Positions 1 through 13,098 of a DNA stretch of 55,850 bases are shown one piece after another. Under the pieces are notes generated by a model. The model did no database searches. It had not been told where the DNA came from and saw only the letters and a program-made list of their open reading frames with translations. The DNA is taken from NCBI GenBank assembly GCA_050230475.1, contig JBFLGF010000180.1, positions 1 through 55,850 on the forward strand, written 5' to 3'. This stretch comes from Ancylonema sp. (taxonomy: Eukaryota). Position 1 is the first letter of the stretch. Every line of letters starts with the position of its first letter. A program made the translations under genes and the position numbers.

Positions 1-374
1 TCCCTTGCCATAGGTAGACTAGAAAATAAATCTTAGCATGTGCTAGACTCGCTTCGGGCGGAGTGCTAGGTTCATTGTTAACGCGCATGTGCGTGACGCA
101 AGCCCCGACTAGGCTGAGTGGTGATATAACGACATTTCATGTGATACAACGACACATAATTCGCACGTGCATTTCACTCATTACAACGATGATTGTTATA
201 TCGAATATGTTACACGTGTATGGTCGCGATGATAAACGGCACGACAAATGACTAGGTGCTCGCGGCACGCCATCACCACGCACTCCCAGGGGGGGAGCAC
301 GCTCTGCCACCCCAACTGGAGGGAGAGGTGGCGGAGCAGCCGCACCACGCCCTATCAATCCAAGGAACACCCAC

Positions 375-899
375 ATGACAAAAGGTGCGACCTATTATTA
401 TTGTGGGATCAAGAACCATAGTGCCGCACAATGTTGGACCTTACATCCAGATTTTTTTCCGAAAAGAGAGACTTCTCCGACGGCAAGAGTCCTGCGTGAA
501 GGCTTGCAAGCAGACAATATACTAAAGGAGGAGCAACGTGCCAAGGAAGAGCGCAGTCTTCGATACGAAACGGAGCAGCAATACAAAGAGGAAGGGGAAG
601 AGGATGAGGATGTGGATATGGACCAACACCAATACATGGCGGAACAAAAATGTAATCAATATGATGACCTGCATAAATCGATCGAGTATTCTGATCTATT
701 TGACTTGGACGATCCTTCCTTGAAGGCAAAATTTCAACTCCTCAGCTCCCTCATTGCAAACTCAGTTGTAGAATTGAGGAGGCTACAACGCAGCTCTGAC
801 AGCAACGGAGGTGTTGCTTCGCCTAAAGAAATCGTTGATGGGTGGATCATAGTGGGTAAGGAAAGAATCCTCCCAAATGCTAAGAAAAATTCCACCTAA
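375..899 (+). mobile_element. Decayed retroelement ORF with zinc knuckle (L1-type ORF1 or gag remnant)
   Basis: YYYCGIKNHSAAQCW resembles a C-x2-C-x4-H-x4-C knuckle with the first Cys lost. A later GWIIVGKER resembles the W-x-x-V-basic motif of plant L1 ORF1. An interrupted IWSH..RNEEK at ~1540-1570 resembles a LINE ORF2 C-terminus. Confidence 0.45.
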
Positions 900-2479
900 G
901 CCAACGCTGTTAAAACTCGTTATGGTGTTACAGACATAAAGCCAACATATGAGTCGGACCTAGACGCACGGCGGTCGCCGCGGATCCAAAATAGGGTACG
1001 GATAAGTGGAAAGAACGGTACGCCACCCGGTACACGACAAATTCAGGAGCAGAGGTCACCAAGGAGGAACACGCGGACTCCCTCCTCTCTTTCTCCTTCC
1101 CGACTTAAAACACCCCTTTAACGAAAGAAATCTCCCGTAGAGGGGAGAGAAACGTCCTTAGAGAATGTGGAGAATGATTCGGTGCGACTTCTTATGACAT
1201 TTGTTACGGTGCTAAATGGGAGAAGCGACTTAGCTTAAGGATAAGCACATTCATACAATATGAAAAGCACTAAATGGAGAAGAGCACTTTATAAAGTGAA
1301 AGTACCTTATAGCTAGCGCCCCACCCTTCTAGCCCAACAACTAATTGCTCGAGACCTCCTCAATAATTGATACCTTCTTTGTGTAGTGAAGCTACGAAGC
1401 ACGGATGGGGATAGAGTCGGTTGACACGCTCAATGTCGATACATGGTGGTGTGGGAGGTATCTTGAGGGGTTTGGGAAAGGGGCGAACGCAAGTCAATTA
1501 GCGGTTTGGGGCGCAAAGTCTCTTTCAACTAGTCACTGCATATGGTCTCATATAGGAACGAGGAGAAGTTGAGTCCCACTCAAGAACTAGAGCTTGGAGG
1601 GGAGGAGAGAACGTACGGGACACTGCCTTCGAAACTCAAGGGTGGATACATAGATAATCGGATCGGATAAGGAGGTTAGAGAAGTACACAGATTCTTCAT
1701 GGAATAGACAAAAGATGATTGGTCATCCCCTTGGGATGCTAAAAAAATATCACGAAGCCCTTGGCATACTTCGACAATACAATCTAGGAACTCTGTGGTG
1801 ATGTGATGACATAGAGCTTAAGGAAATATGCCCATGTTTACCTTGATTACCTTCTTTAGATATAGTTCTTTAGGTTTTTAGGAATTTCCTAGTTGCCACT
1901 TTTCTCTCAGAGTGTGCAAAGTACAACGGGTGGGGCACACCCTCTTGAGAGATGGGCGCCAAGGAGTTGATTCAATATGTACACATCGAATTGGACGGAA
2001 AATCTAGAAAATTGTACGCTACAATTTTGTTGCTTCTAGGAAAGCCCACATACGGCGTTGATCGGTTTATAATTAAGATTAAGATACAAATTTACGCCAC
2101 TGATTCAATTTGTCCTCTCTAGCCATGATATACATGGACAAGATACCAGACCGCTCACGCCTGCATGCTGCCAGTCAATGATGGGAGGTACACTTGGTGT
2201 GCTCTACATGAAACCGATATAGCCTTGCAGGTTGAAATGATTCCGAGGTTCTCTTGGCACAACTTCCCATGGCTCCGACCATATCCACAGTGTTGCCTCC
2301 ACCTTCACATTGTGTCCTATGCGCTTCGTATATGTCGTATGGACTTTGCCCGCGTATGTGAAGAATATAATTACATCCACAATAAAATTTGCATGTTCAC
2401 CATGACAAAGGGCTGCGTTGAAGACTAGGCACATACGGCCGCACCATCAGCTCCACACCCTATCACCCTGTCTGCTCCA

Positions 2480-4244
2480 TCACCTCCTCTGCCTCACAGT
2501 GTATGCTGTCTCTGCCAGCAGTTCTGCTGCCTTGGCCATGGTGGGCCGGTTTGCTGGGCTGTACTCACAGCACTTCTGTGCAATGTCTGCGACGCCCCTG
2601 AGCTGCTCCTCGTCATACGCCCCCTCCATGCGCGCGTCTGCCAGATGCTGGTACATCCCGTTAGCAATTAGACGGCTCCCGCGGCGCGCCAAGGTGGGCT
2701 CCGTTCGCTCTTTCTCCACCGCTGGTAGCCCCGAGATAATTTCCAGAAGCACAACTCCAAACGCATACACATCACTCTTTTCGCTCACCATCCCACTCTC
2801 AGCGTACTCGGGGGAGATGTAGCCAAAGGTGCCCACTAGGCGACTGCAGGCTTCCTCCATGCGCTCCCCGTGCACAGCCTTTGCTAGCCCAAAGTCCGCC
2901 ACCTTGGCCTGGTAATTGGCGGTGACGAGGATGTTGGCAGACTTTATGTCACGGTGGATGATGGGCGGGGAGGCGAACCCCAAGAGGTAGCGCAGCCCCT
3001 CTGCAGCATCCAAGGCGATACCCATGCGTTCGCTCCAGGAGAGGGGGGGGCAAGAGGGGTCCTTGAGAAGGCGTCCCAGATCCCCTTTTTCCATGAGGGG
3101 ACAGACGAGGAGGAGGCGATGCTCCGCCGCTACCCAACACCTCCCCACGAGCTGCACCACATTCTTGTGGTTCACGGAGGCAATGGTGCAGATCTCTGTC
3201 ATCATCTGCGACCGCACAGAACCGTCCTCCTCCCTCCCCCCTGTCTTCATCACTTTCACTGCCACCCAAGTACCATCTGCCAACTGCCCCTTGTAGACCT
3301 TTCCGCAGATACCCTCCCCAAGAAGGTTGGCCTCTGAGAACCCAGAGGTGGCCTCCGCCAGTTGAGCCCACTGGAAGTCGCGGCCCAGTAGGATCCGCGT
3401 CCTGCTCCGTGTCACCTCCTCCTTCAACCTGTCTGCCGATGACCGCCCGAAGACAGGAGGGGCATCCAAGATAGCGTGCGGCGGCTCTGAGCGGTTCCTG
3501 GAATGAGCGGCAGCCTCAGAAGGAACCCGCCCAGAGGTGATGTCTCGCGGGGAGGAGAGAGTCTCCTGGATGGGCAGACTCTGCACCCGGCGAGAGACAG
3601 CGCCTCCATGGGACAGCCCTGAGCACCGCAAGGTTCACAGCAGCACAGGGTCACCACCAGGACAGAAACTCTGCTCAGATGGGTCTGTCAGTCTGCACCT
3701 GTTTTCGTTGCGAAGCACTTTCCGTTGCGAATCCACAACACATGAGTGGATTCAGGCAGCCAATCCAAAATGGACAGCTCCTCCTCCCCAGACGATGCTA
3801 TCAAAGGAAGGTGCGGTAGAAGGATGGCATCAGCGCCATGGTCTCCTGCCACTTGAAGCAAAAAATTGTGCCGTGTGGACTGCCCTCCGCGATCAGGCAC
3901 CACTTGACGCAGGAGGAGCCTGGAGCACTGCAGCCATAACATCAGTGCTGCCACGTGGCTGGATCCCTCTGCCTTAGACTCACCTCGGAATGGTGAGTCC
4001 AGAAGTCTTTGAGAGCCAGGGCCAGATCCCCCGTCACCTTCTCATCGATGGCCAGATGGGGAAGTGAACGAACGGACGAATTGATGGCGACAGGCACAGA
4101 AAGGGCAGTCACTATGGTATCGCCTGGAGTTGCAACATAGCCAATAGCGTATTCCAGGACGCTGACTGTGTCAGGAGACAGTTTGGACCGGCCGTCGAAG
4201 AGAGACACTTCGCAGACTAAAACTTTTGGCGAGGGAGCAGCCAT
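2480..4244 (-). CDS. Receptor-like cytoplasmic Ser/Thr kinase (RLK/Pelle family) with N-terminal USP-like domain, ~542 aa
   Basis: Exons 4244-3984, 3927-3699 and 3618-2480 join in frame via GT-AG introns of 56 and 80 nt. Kinase motifs: [47 protein letters not shown]-terminal [16 protein letters not shown] resembles the USP-like domain of plant RLCKs. No TM segment seen. Confidence 0.85.
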
Positions 4245-5194
4245 CACGTGGCACGGTCCGTCCTGGTGACCACCAGCAATTTCAGAATACGATCCAGGTA
4301 TACTATTCGTAAGTGAACTTCCCAATCCGCTCTGAAAGTCACAGTCTACAACACTGACCGAATGCCCAAAAGGAAGGGTCTCAATGGTAGCATTCCGTCA
4401 GCAGCAACCCAAAGTTTGTCCATCCAGCGAAGTATCGAACGCGAGACGACTGCGACAGAGGGGCATCTCAGATGGCGAAAAGATGTAATTTTATCACCGA
4501 CCAAGAGTAGTGTCTGCTTGTGAATATTGCAGTGACAATATTTATTTTTTGTGGTCGGGCTTTCACAAACCCAGCTTTTGGTAAAGATAGCCCAATCGCC
4601 CCCATTCCCGATCCGCACTAAGAGCCCATCGAAATTAAAATGGACTTTGGTGGCGAACCTCCAGCATCCAGGCCCACCCATTTTTCCACTAGTACATTGC
4701 ACATATTTTAATACGACCGGAAGGATTGAAAGTGGGTGACGGTAAACCTAACGAGGAAGTGTATGACTCAAGGAGACAATCGCCAGCTCTTAATCTATAC
4801 GGGTAGTTGAAGACTCAGTAAAGAGAGACCTGGTGAGCGGTGATCAGACAGAATCATTCCATGCTTCTCGCACCGCCATTTTTTGGTACCATCTACCGTA
4901 CCGGCCATAGATACGGAGTGTGCGGAGATGATGACGATCCTTCAAAAAATATGAAAAGGGTCGATCGGGTCATTGAGGTGGGGTGGTATACGCACGCCAT
5001 ATCTGGTTAACCGCACGCCATTCGAAGTTCTATATACCGTTCCTTGCCGACAATCGATAATTTGCCACTCGACGCCAAACTCGGCGCCCTTCCGTGTCAT
5101 CGTTGGCGAGCTGCGGCAGGAACCGCAGCTCGCAGCTGGGTCTCTCAATCCGGTCAGTGTCCCTCTTTCTTTGCTAGCGGGACCGTGCCTTTCG

Positions 5195-5291
5195 GGTCGT
5201 ATTTCGTATTACTCCCCAAACGTAATAAGCTAAATTAGCGTATTACGACTCTAGCGTATTGAGTAGTGTATAGCGTATTGGCGAACACTAT
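5195..5291. repeat. Possible end of a hAT-like non-autonomous element (reiterated TAGCGTATT motifs ending in GGCGAACACTA)
   Basis: Three TAGCGTATT copies plus CGTATT partials precede a terminus that reads TAGTGTTCGCC on the minus strand. No partner end or TSD identified. Confidence 0.3.
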
Positions 5292-6613
5292 ATTCCGGTC
5301 ATCGATGATTTCATTGGTTTGGAATCTACGTGGACAATTTGAGCATCGCTCAAATTATATGAGTGTTAGACGAGCGATGATATCTTTGAGGTCGTAATGC
5401 CCGAGGTTGGTCGTTTTTGCGCTGTCACATGATGTGTCGTGATGTGTCGTGAAAATACGTATCTAGAGCCGAAATAGGTGTCGAAATGGAGTGGGTGCGG
5501 TACTTTGGACTCAATGATGTCCGTCGCCCAAAAATGGTTTTGCGTCGAACTCCAAACATTGTGCCATGTGAGGCACACATGCACATCATGTATGGGTGTG
5601 ACTTGCAAGAATGTATGAAGCCAATCATATAGCGAGATGAGCTTTCATGATACGTAATTGAACGAGGAGGGATCCGACCTTCCATGTAAACTAAGCCTTA
5701 GTCGACGAGACAAACTGCTTGCTACATTAAGCGTTTTACACGTTTTGACAATAGACTTATTATACTTCTGTCCTTCTTAATTTCATACCTTTTCTCTATT
5801 CACGAAACTCGTCATACCGGAGTCACGAATGCTGCTCATGTTTTCATTTAATGCTTTACGAATGTGCTTCAATGCATGCCCTATACACGATCGTGTATTT
5901 ATGAATGCACATATTTGAAACCAAACAAAAGTGAAACATACATATCATTGACATTCCTTGCAATATCCGCATGATATGGAGCACGTGTACCTTCTTGCGA
6001 TATCGCTGCAATATTCGGTTCAACGTGGTAAAAACACATATCGATGCGAACGCACTCGCTAACCAAGGCCATTGGCATTCTATTGCTAAACTATGTGACC
6101 ACATTCTACAACTTACTATGTGAGGGCATACCAAATTGTTGATTCTAGTTTTTTAAAAACGATGCGACCGCTTCAAGATGCAAGCACAAATCGACACTGC
6201 CATGACATGCACTTTGAATTTGCAAGTGTTCCAAAACACACAAAAACTGATGAGGTTGGGAACGACTCGAACTCAGGTGGATGGCTACCTGTGCTTATAC
6301 ATGGCCATGCCAACCTCGACTTGCAAGTACAAAAAATATGTTTGACAGAGCACCTTAGTATGCCTTGTATCACCATGTGCTCCCACATCATTGCATGAAG
6401 TAGCACCAACAAGGATGACACAAGTCCATGATTTTGTAGACATCAGCCCCCGAGTAGACTCCCTACTTTTCATATCGACGAGTTTGAGTGGGAGTAAAAC
6501 GCAACTATCAGAACCAGAACTCGTCACTTTAAACAATATGCACAAGCAATATCAACAATAAACATCAATTTTTGTTATGCCTTATAACCCTTCCAGAAAC
6601 CATCACATACAAG

Positions 6614-7986
6614 TCAACCCCTATTTCTCTCCTTCAACCTTTTTAACCGCCTTGCTTCCCTCCCTTCTTCCAACTTTCGCTCTCTCTCATCTTCCTCGTG
6701 GCCCAAACGAGCGCTCCTTGCGTCCTCCGCCCGAATGGTCGCCCAGTTGACTTCCATGCCTCTATCATCCTCGCTACTCTCATACTCATCCCGATGGTTC
6801 TGCGGGTGAGAGCGCCTGCGGCTCACATATGCAACATAAGGAAGACATCATACGCCTCTTCGGGGGCGGGTCAAGACAAGATCATTAGGCTTCTCTTTTA
6901 AATTGTGCTTGGAGCAAAGCCTACCGAGGCCAGATGCAAAGCCCTACCGTAAGAGTGAAATAACGGATGCCAAGGGTGAGCCTCCTCTGTGCTCCAGTAA
7001 GTCATCATCGCTGTGGGATGCTGCCCTTTTTCTCTTTGAAGTAGTCCTCTTTGAAGCGGGGCCGCAATTCGGGGGTGGATGCTTTTGCAATGAAGGAGCA
7101 AGCCGCGCTTGTCTCCGCTCTACCTCTAGGAGCCGGCGCACTTGAGTAGTATCCTTTACTTGAGAAAGGCTGCTCGTACTCTTGGATTTCTCTATGAGGA
7201 GTCGTGCGGCCTTTGTCCCTGCCTCAGCAGTCCGGCCCCTTACAGAGATCGCCTGTGGTGCTCCAAATGCACTAGCGCCCGGAGTCACCTTAGACTTTCC
7301 CTGAGACACTACTGCTTTGCTCAGGACTGGTTTCAAAGGGAGGGCACCAGCAGTTGACCTACTGCCTGCCTGGGTTCCTGAAGTAAGAGGACAGACATGT
7401 AGATTTGAAGTCACCCCATGAACTCCCTCTCCAGAAAGAGCTCGCGATTTGGGCACTTACGGGCTGAGTGGGCTTGAATGGGATGAACGAAGGGGGATGA
7501 TGACGGTGAAGGATGTGGTCGGGGATGATATGGAGGAGGGGGGCAAAGTTGATTGTCGTCTAGGAAAGAGAAATCCCGAGAGGCCTTCAAGCGCTTCCTC
7601 TTCTACCAAACACAGGCCGAAAGGAAATGACTTAACAACGTGGAGACTAAAGCAGACGTGCCAACAGAGCCAATCGTACCTCGTCCACCTGCAGCACAGG
7701 AGGTACGAGAGGCCGGGGTTTCTTTTCGACGCCCTTGGATGAGGGCTTGTGTTGTTCCTTCGGGCACTCTCTGGGCGCCTTCCCTTCAGACTCCGCCAGG
7801 GGAGTCTTTGAGCGACGGAAGACCACCACTTTCGCCGGACCGAAGAAAGAACCGAATCTGAAAAACGAGCGGGCAAGAATAAGTGACAAGGGACACTACA
7901 ACCCGACTTGGCGGGGGCCCAGGTTTCACGTTGCAGCCTGTATACCCATCGTTTTCCCGCTGCGCAGAGTTCGTATTCCGCGACAT
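6614..7986 (-). CDS. SPT2: SPT2 chromatin protein / histone chaperone, ~330 aa
   Basis: Five exons (7986-7946, 7857-7680, 7602-7461, 7377-6948, 6815-6614) join in frame via GT-AG introns. Plant SPT2 motifs FGSFFGP and KRLKASRDFSFL are present, plus the C-terminal SPT2 domain MEVNWATIRAEDARSARLGHEEDERE. The start codon is uncertain. Confidence 0.8.
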
Positions 7987-8238
7987 TCCGCTGCCCGCAA
8001 GATGTCGATGTTAGTCGAGACTGCCGCAATCGAACATCAAATCGTGCATGAGGTGGAGGAGGGAGGCGATGTTATTAACTGAAAGACTCGGAGAAGATAC
8101 AGGGAGCGGTGAGGGATGGACGTGTGCATCTAGCTGGCATGTCTTACACCCAGCCCTTACACGCGCCTGCATATGTGACGACACTTTGACTGTGCAGTCT
8201 CCTGTTTTTGTCCAGTATGTTTCTATCGAGTACCATCA

Positions 8239-8293
8239 GCGAGGAGGCGAGGAGGCGAGGAGGCGTGGAGGCGAGGAGGCGTGAAGGCGAGGA
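8239..8293 (+). repeat. Short tandem repeat (GAGGAGGC/GTGGAGGC units) in the SPT2-CLU divergent intergenic region
   Basis: About 6-7 imperfect 8-bp units seen directly. Confidence 0.75.
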
Positions 8294-8618
8294 GTTCTCT
8301 GCTCTGAAGGACTCAAATTCGATTGGGGGGGGCGACAGGTCAGCTCAAATGGTGGACTCTTTCGAGTCAACTCTTCTGGTAAGCGAGGGTTGACTTCCAA
8401 TGATGGTCAACGGGCGGCAGCCACGCGGCGATATGGATATGGTTCTAAATTACAGTGCGCGAGGTTTGGGGTTTGGGGCCGAAGAAATGAATATAGAGCT
8501 GAATCAACTGACAAACAATCCTGGAAATCGCCTCTCAGGGCCTCACTGCGTTAGTGTCACCCGGGTGACTGCCAATTCCGCAGTGTTGCAGCCATCCACA
8601 CCGTTGCAGTAGGTGGCA

Positions 8619-11600
8619 ATGGCTCGGAAAAAGTCTGCCAAGGTTCCGGCAGGTGTGGCTCCCGCAAAAACCGAAGTTATGACAACCGAGCTTGAACCCT
8701 CCCCTCCTGCTCCACCCCTCCGAAACCCCCCGCCGTCGACCACGAACACGGCCGTGGAGCCCGAAGCTGTGAAATCGGTAGAGCCCGAAGCTGTAAAATT
8801 GGTGGAGCCCGAAGCTGTGAAATCGGTCGTACCCGAAACTGTGGAGCCCGAAGCTGTGGAGCCCGAAGCTGTGGAGCCCGAAGCTGTGGAGCCCGAAGCT
8901 GTGGAGCCCGAAGCTGTGGAGCCCGAAGCTGTGGAGCCCGAGGCTGTGGAGCCCGAAGCTGTGGAGCCTGAAGCTGTGGAAGCCGTAGAGCAGGCGGCTT
9001 CAAATGAAACGGCCGTCGTGAATACTGAGGAGTCAGGGGAAGAATTGGGCGAAAATTTGCCTCTCTTCCCCGTTCCAGTCAAGGGTCCAGCGGGCGAAGA
9101 GATCGAGCTCCAGGTAGGGTGAGGATAGTCGTCATGGATGCGCTAGGTCAGGGGTGATGACTAGGCTGGTAGCTGCTGTGCGCCGTCGCTGTTCCATGCT
9201 GTCACCTGGCCCCCACTCACAGTTTTGGAATTCATATCGCAGATCAATCCTGGGGACACGGTGATGGACATTCGCCAATTCCTAGCCGATGCCCCCGAGA
9301 CGTGCTTTTACACTGCATACGACCTCATCCTCACTCGACCCGATGGCATGCGGTACCATTTGATCGATTACATCGAGATTGGCGAAGTTGCGGATGTCGC
9401 CGTGGGGGGTGTGTCGCTGGAGATGTTTCCTTCAATGTACGACGAGCGGGCGGTGCGAGTCCACATGCGAAAATTGCGCGAGCTTGTCTCCACCGCCTCC
9501 TCCATCTGCTCCCACTCCACTGCTCTTTCGTCAGAGCACGAGACGACATCGGGGCTGATCCAGAGGGAGCCGAAGCCGCCGACACCCGCAAGAGAGATGG
9601 GGAAGCCTTTGCTTTTGCCGTCGGAGGTGGAGAATGTGGGGTATGCGGAGAGTGTGCCAGGCCTGCTGGCGGCCGTTTTGAAGCAGAGCGAAGACGCCGG
9701 CAAAGAGTGCTTCCAAACCATGGCCTTTTCCTCCTTCAACCCGGTGCCCGGGTGGAGGCGAGTGCAGGGCGACTTGGCCTATCTGGACCTTGTCACTGTC
9801 GAAGGCGAGTCATACAACGTTACTGCATACACAAAGGGCTTCTTTACAAACGCCACCACCGGCGATGTGCTCAACCCCAGCCCCACAGAGCCCAAGAAAG
9901 AGGCCCCCACCCTAGTGGGACTGCTCCGCATCCTCAGCCCAAAGTTTGAGGCTGGTGAGTATTTTTCCCCTCCCCCGTTTCTGCTGGCATCTTGGGTGGG
10001 TTTCTGACAAGGAAACGGAAGTGGCATCGCAGCATTTGCAAGCGTTGCGGAGTGGAAGGCCTCGTGCCATCCCTACGAAATCATGATGGCCCCCGTCTCC
10101 CCCCCCTCCTGGCTCTGCCCGCTGGGGCCAGAGGAACACAAACGGAATCCGGGGGCGGCAGAGGAGGCGCTGACAACAGCATTCGGGACAGAGACCAGCG
10201 GCCTCCAACGAGATTGGAATGAGGAGCTCCAGTCCTGCCGCGATCTCCCGCGGGCCACGCTGAAGGATCGCATTCTCCGCGACCGCGCGCTGTTCCGCGT
10301 GCACTCCGAGTTCACAGACGCAGCCGCAAAAGGGGCCCGGGCCGTCATTGGGCGCTGCATTCCCCCGCTCAACCCGACCGACTTGGATCGGTACCACATG
10401 TATGTGCACAACAGCATCTTCTTCAGCTTCGCTGTGGACGGCGACTTTGCGCGGCTCCAGCAGTTGAGGGAGAAGGAGCTGAAGGAGAAAGCGGCTGCAG
10501 ATGCTGCGGCGTCCCCGGAGGAGCCCAGTGCTGCCCCGGAAGCTCCCACCCCAGAAGCTGCAGAGGGGGTGGCAGAGGAAGGCGGGGAGAGCGAGCAGGC
10601 CAGCTACTCGTCTGCCAACAACGACCTCCATGGCACGGCGCTGGTGGCTGCTGCCGACGTGGCGGGGCTGCACACCTTGGCCATGGTGGTGGTGGCGTTC
10701 CGCGGGCACCGACTGGTGGCGCAAACCATCATCCCGGGCATCTTGTACGGGGACAAAACGGCTGCGCTGCAGTACGGGTCGGTGGACAACGGGGCCCACA
10801 TCAAGCACGGGGCTGACTTCCACCAGAAAGTGGGCCTGCTGGCGGAGCAGCTGCACCTCAAGGAGCACAAGGTGGCGGATGGGGAGGGCGAGCAGGGCCT
10901 CCTCTACACCTCCGTGGAGGCCAAGGGGATCAAGGGGACGGACGACCGGCTGTACCTGCTGGACCTCATGAGGCTCACTCCCCGCGACGCCAACTTCCAG
11001 GGGACCGCGACCCGCCTCCTGGTGCTGCGCCCGGAGCTCATAGCGGCCTACTGCAAGGACCGCGCAGACGGGCCCCACACGTTCAACACCAACGCCTTCA
11101 CGCGCTTCCAACTCGGCGGGACCGCAGAGGTGAGACCCGCCACCCGTCGCCCCTGCCAGGGCCGAACTGAGCGGAGGAAGTGAGGTGCAGGAGGTACGGG
11201 AGGACGAGGAGGCGGTGCGGGCGCTGGGGCGGTACCTCCTTGAGGCCGCCATTCCCCGCCTGTGCGCGCGGTGGAAGAAGCAGCCCAGCTTGGCTGTGGA
11301 TGGGCCCACCCTCAGCGCCTCCCTGCACGCGGGGGGCTGCAACCTGCGCTATTTGGGCAAGGTGGCGGCGGCTGTGCAGCACTCCCTGCCCCACGTGTAC
11401 CGCCTGGCGGTGGTGGAGATGGCGGTGCGCAGCGCCAAGCACGTGCTGCAGGCGGTGCTGAGGGAGACCAGCGACGCAGACGTAGGGGGGGCCACGGCGC
11501 ACTTTATCAACTGCTTCATCGGGACGTCCGCCACCAACCTCTTCTCCGAGAAGCAGCCCCCCACCTCGGACCCACCTCCCCCCACAGCTGGGACGGAGGG

Positions 11601-13098
11601 CACGGGGGAGGAGCGCCCCGGGTACACCCGCATCACGGCGGAGATGGTGTGGTCCGACGTGGCGGAGGGCGTGAAGTTCAAGTACACGTGCGAGCTGCCC
11701 CCTGACGTGCGCTCCCTGGTGCGCAACACGGCAGCTCTGCGCAACCTGTGCCTGAAGCTGGGCGTGGTGCTGCGCCCCGCCGAGTACGACTTGGGCACGG
11801 CGGCGCCGCTGGGGCTGGCAGACGTGCGCGACATGGTCCCCATCGTGAAGCACATCCCCCCCGTCTGCCAGGACGCCCGCAGCCTGCTGGCCCAGGGAGA
11901 GGCGCACCTGCAGGAAGTGGGGCTCAGCAGCAGCAGCGCCCTCCTGCTCCACCCTCGCCTGGGGAACTGGCTGCAGCTGCACCAGGGCAAGCTGAACGAG
12001 GCCTACGTGGCGCTGGAGCAAGCGTACCAGCTGCTGCAGCAGGTGTGTGGTCCCCTCCATGCTGACGTGGCCACCTGCTGCCGTGCGCTGGCGGTGGTCC
12101 TCTACCATGTGGGGGAAATGAAGCCAGCTCAGATGCAGCAGCACCGTGAGCTCATCTGCAACGAGAGGGTTTTGGGGCGGGACCACCCGTACGTGGCCAC
12201 CAGCTACGCCAACCTGGCGCTGCTCCGCCACGCAGCTGGAGATTCCGTCTCCGCCCTGCAGCTCCTCACCCACTCGCTGCGCCTGCTGGCCACCTGCTGC
12301 CCGCAGCCCCATCCCCTGTGCAGCGCCCTGTACGTGAACCTGGCCTCCCTGTACCAGGACGTGGGGCGCGTGCCCATGAGCCTGCGCTACCTGCAGGAGG
12401 CCATCAGAACCAATGAGGCAGTGCTGGGGGAGGGGGAGGTGGCCATGGGCATCTGCTACCACGCCCTGGCGCTGGCCTTCAGCGGTATCCAAAACATGAA
12501 GCTGGCGATTCTGAACGAGAAGAAGGCCCTCGCCATCTTCACCCGCCAGCTGGGCCACTCCGACCTGCGCACCAAGGACAGCCAGCACTGGCTGCAGCTC
12601 CTCCACGACCGGGAAACGCGAGCGACCCGCGAGAAGAACGCAGGGGTGGAGCGAATCTTGGAGGAGCTGAAGAAGGGGGGGAAGGGCATTCCGGGGGGCA
12701 TGAGTCGGGAGGAGCTGGCCCAATACATGGCAGGGCTGGGAGGGGCTGCGCCCAAGCCAGTCGCCCCTCCGCCTGCCTTGCCCCGACGTGGTGTGGATGA
12801 GAGGGCCACACGGGCGGCTGTGAAGGCCCGCACCAAGCTGAGGTCGGGGGAGGAACAGAAGGACGCGCGGAGACAGAGTGCAGTGCCGCCGAGCTTAGGG
12901 GCAGGCCTGGGAGTCGGACTCGGGGCAGTGTCCGGAGCCCCACCCCCCCCGAAAACAAGTGCCAGGAAGGCAACAGGGGAGGTGGCAGGGCCAGTAGGTT
13001 TGGGGTTGGGGTTGGAGGCCAAGGGATCATCAAGGACCAAGAGTAAAAGACAAGGGGCGCCAGTGGATGGCCCTCGATTGCAAAATGGGGCTTCCTAG
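8619..13098 (+). CDS. Clustered mitochondria protein (CLU/CLUH/FRIENDLY-like) with CLU domain and TPR repeats
   Basis: Exons 8619-9113, 9243-9954, 10033-11129, 11191-11916 and 11986-13098; the last intron is in frame and inferred. Motifs: [83 protein letters not shown] TPRs. Confidence 0.92.
8754..8989 (+). repeat. Coding 15-bp minisatellite GTGGAGCCCGAAGCT encoding (VEPEA)n
   Basis: Nine near-perfect tandem units at 8841-8975, preceded by 24-bp variants (VEPEAVKS/L), all inside CLU exon 1. Confidence 0.95.

Noticed and set aside
8841..8975. Regular repeat considered as a CRISPR-like array
   Set aside because: Units are contiguous with no spacers, the repeat is coding, and the context is eukaryotic.
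8543..9082. (STASG)n antisense ORF resembling an ice-nucleation or mucin-like repeat
   Set aside because: It is the reverse reading of the CLU VEPEA minisatellite.
9912..12723. 476-aa and 541-aa antisense ORFs over CLU
   Set aside because: Same GC3 shadow effect; the sense strand carries the conserved protein.
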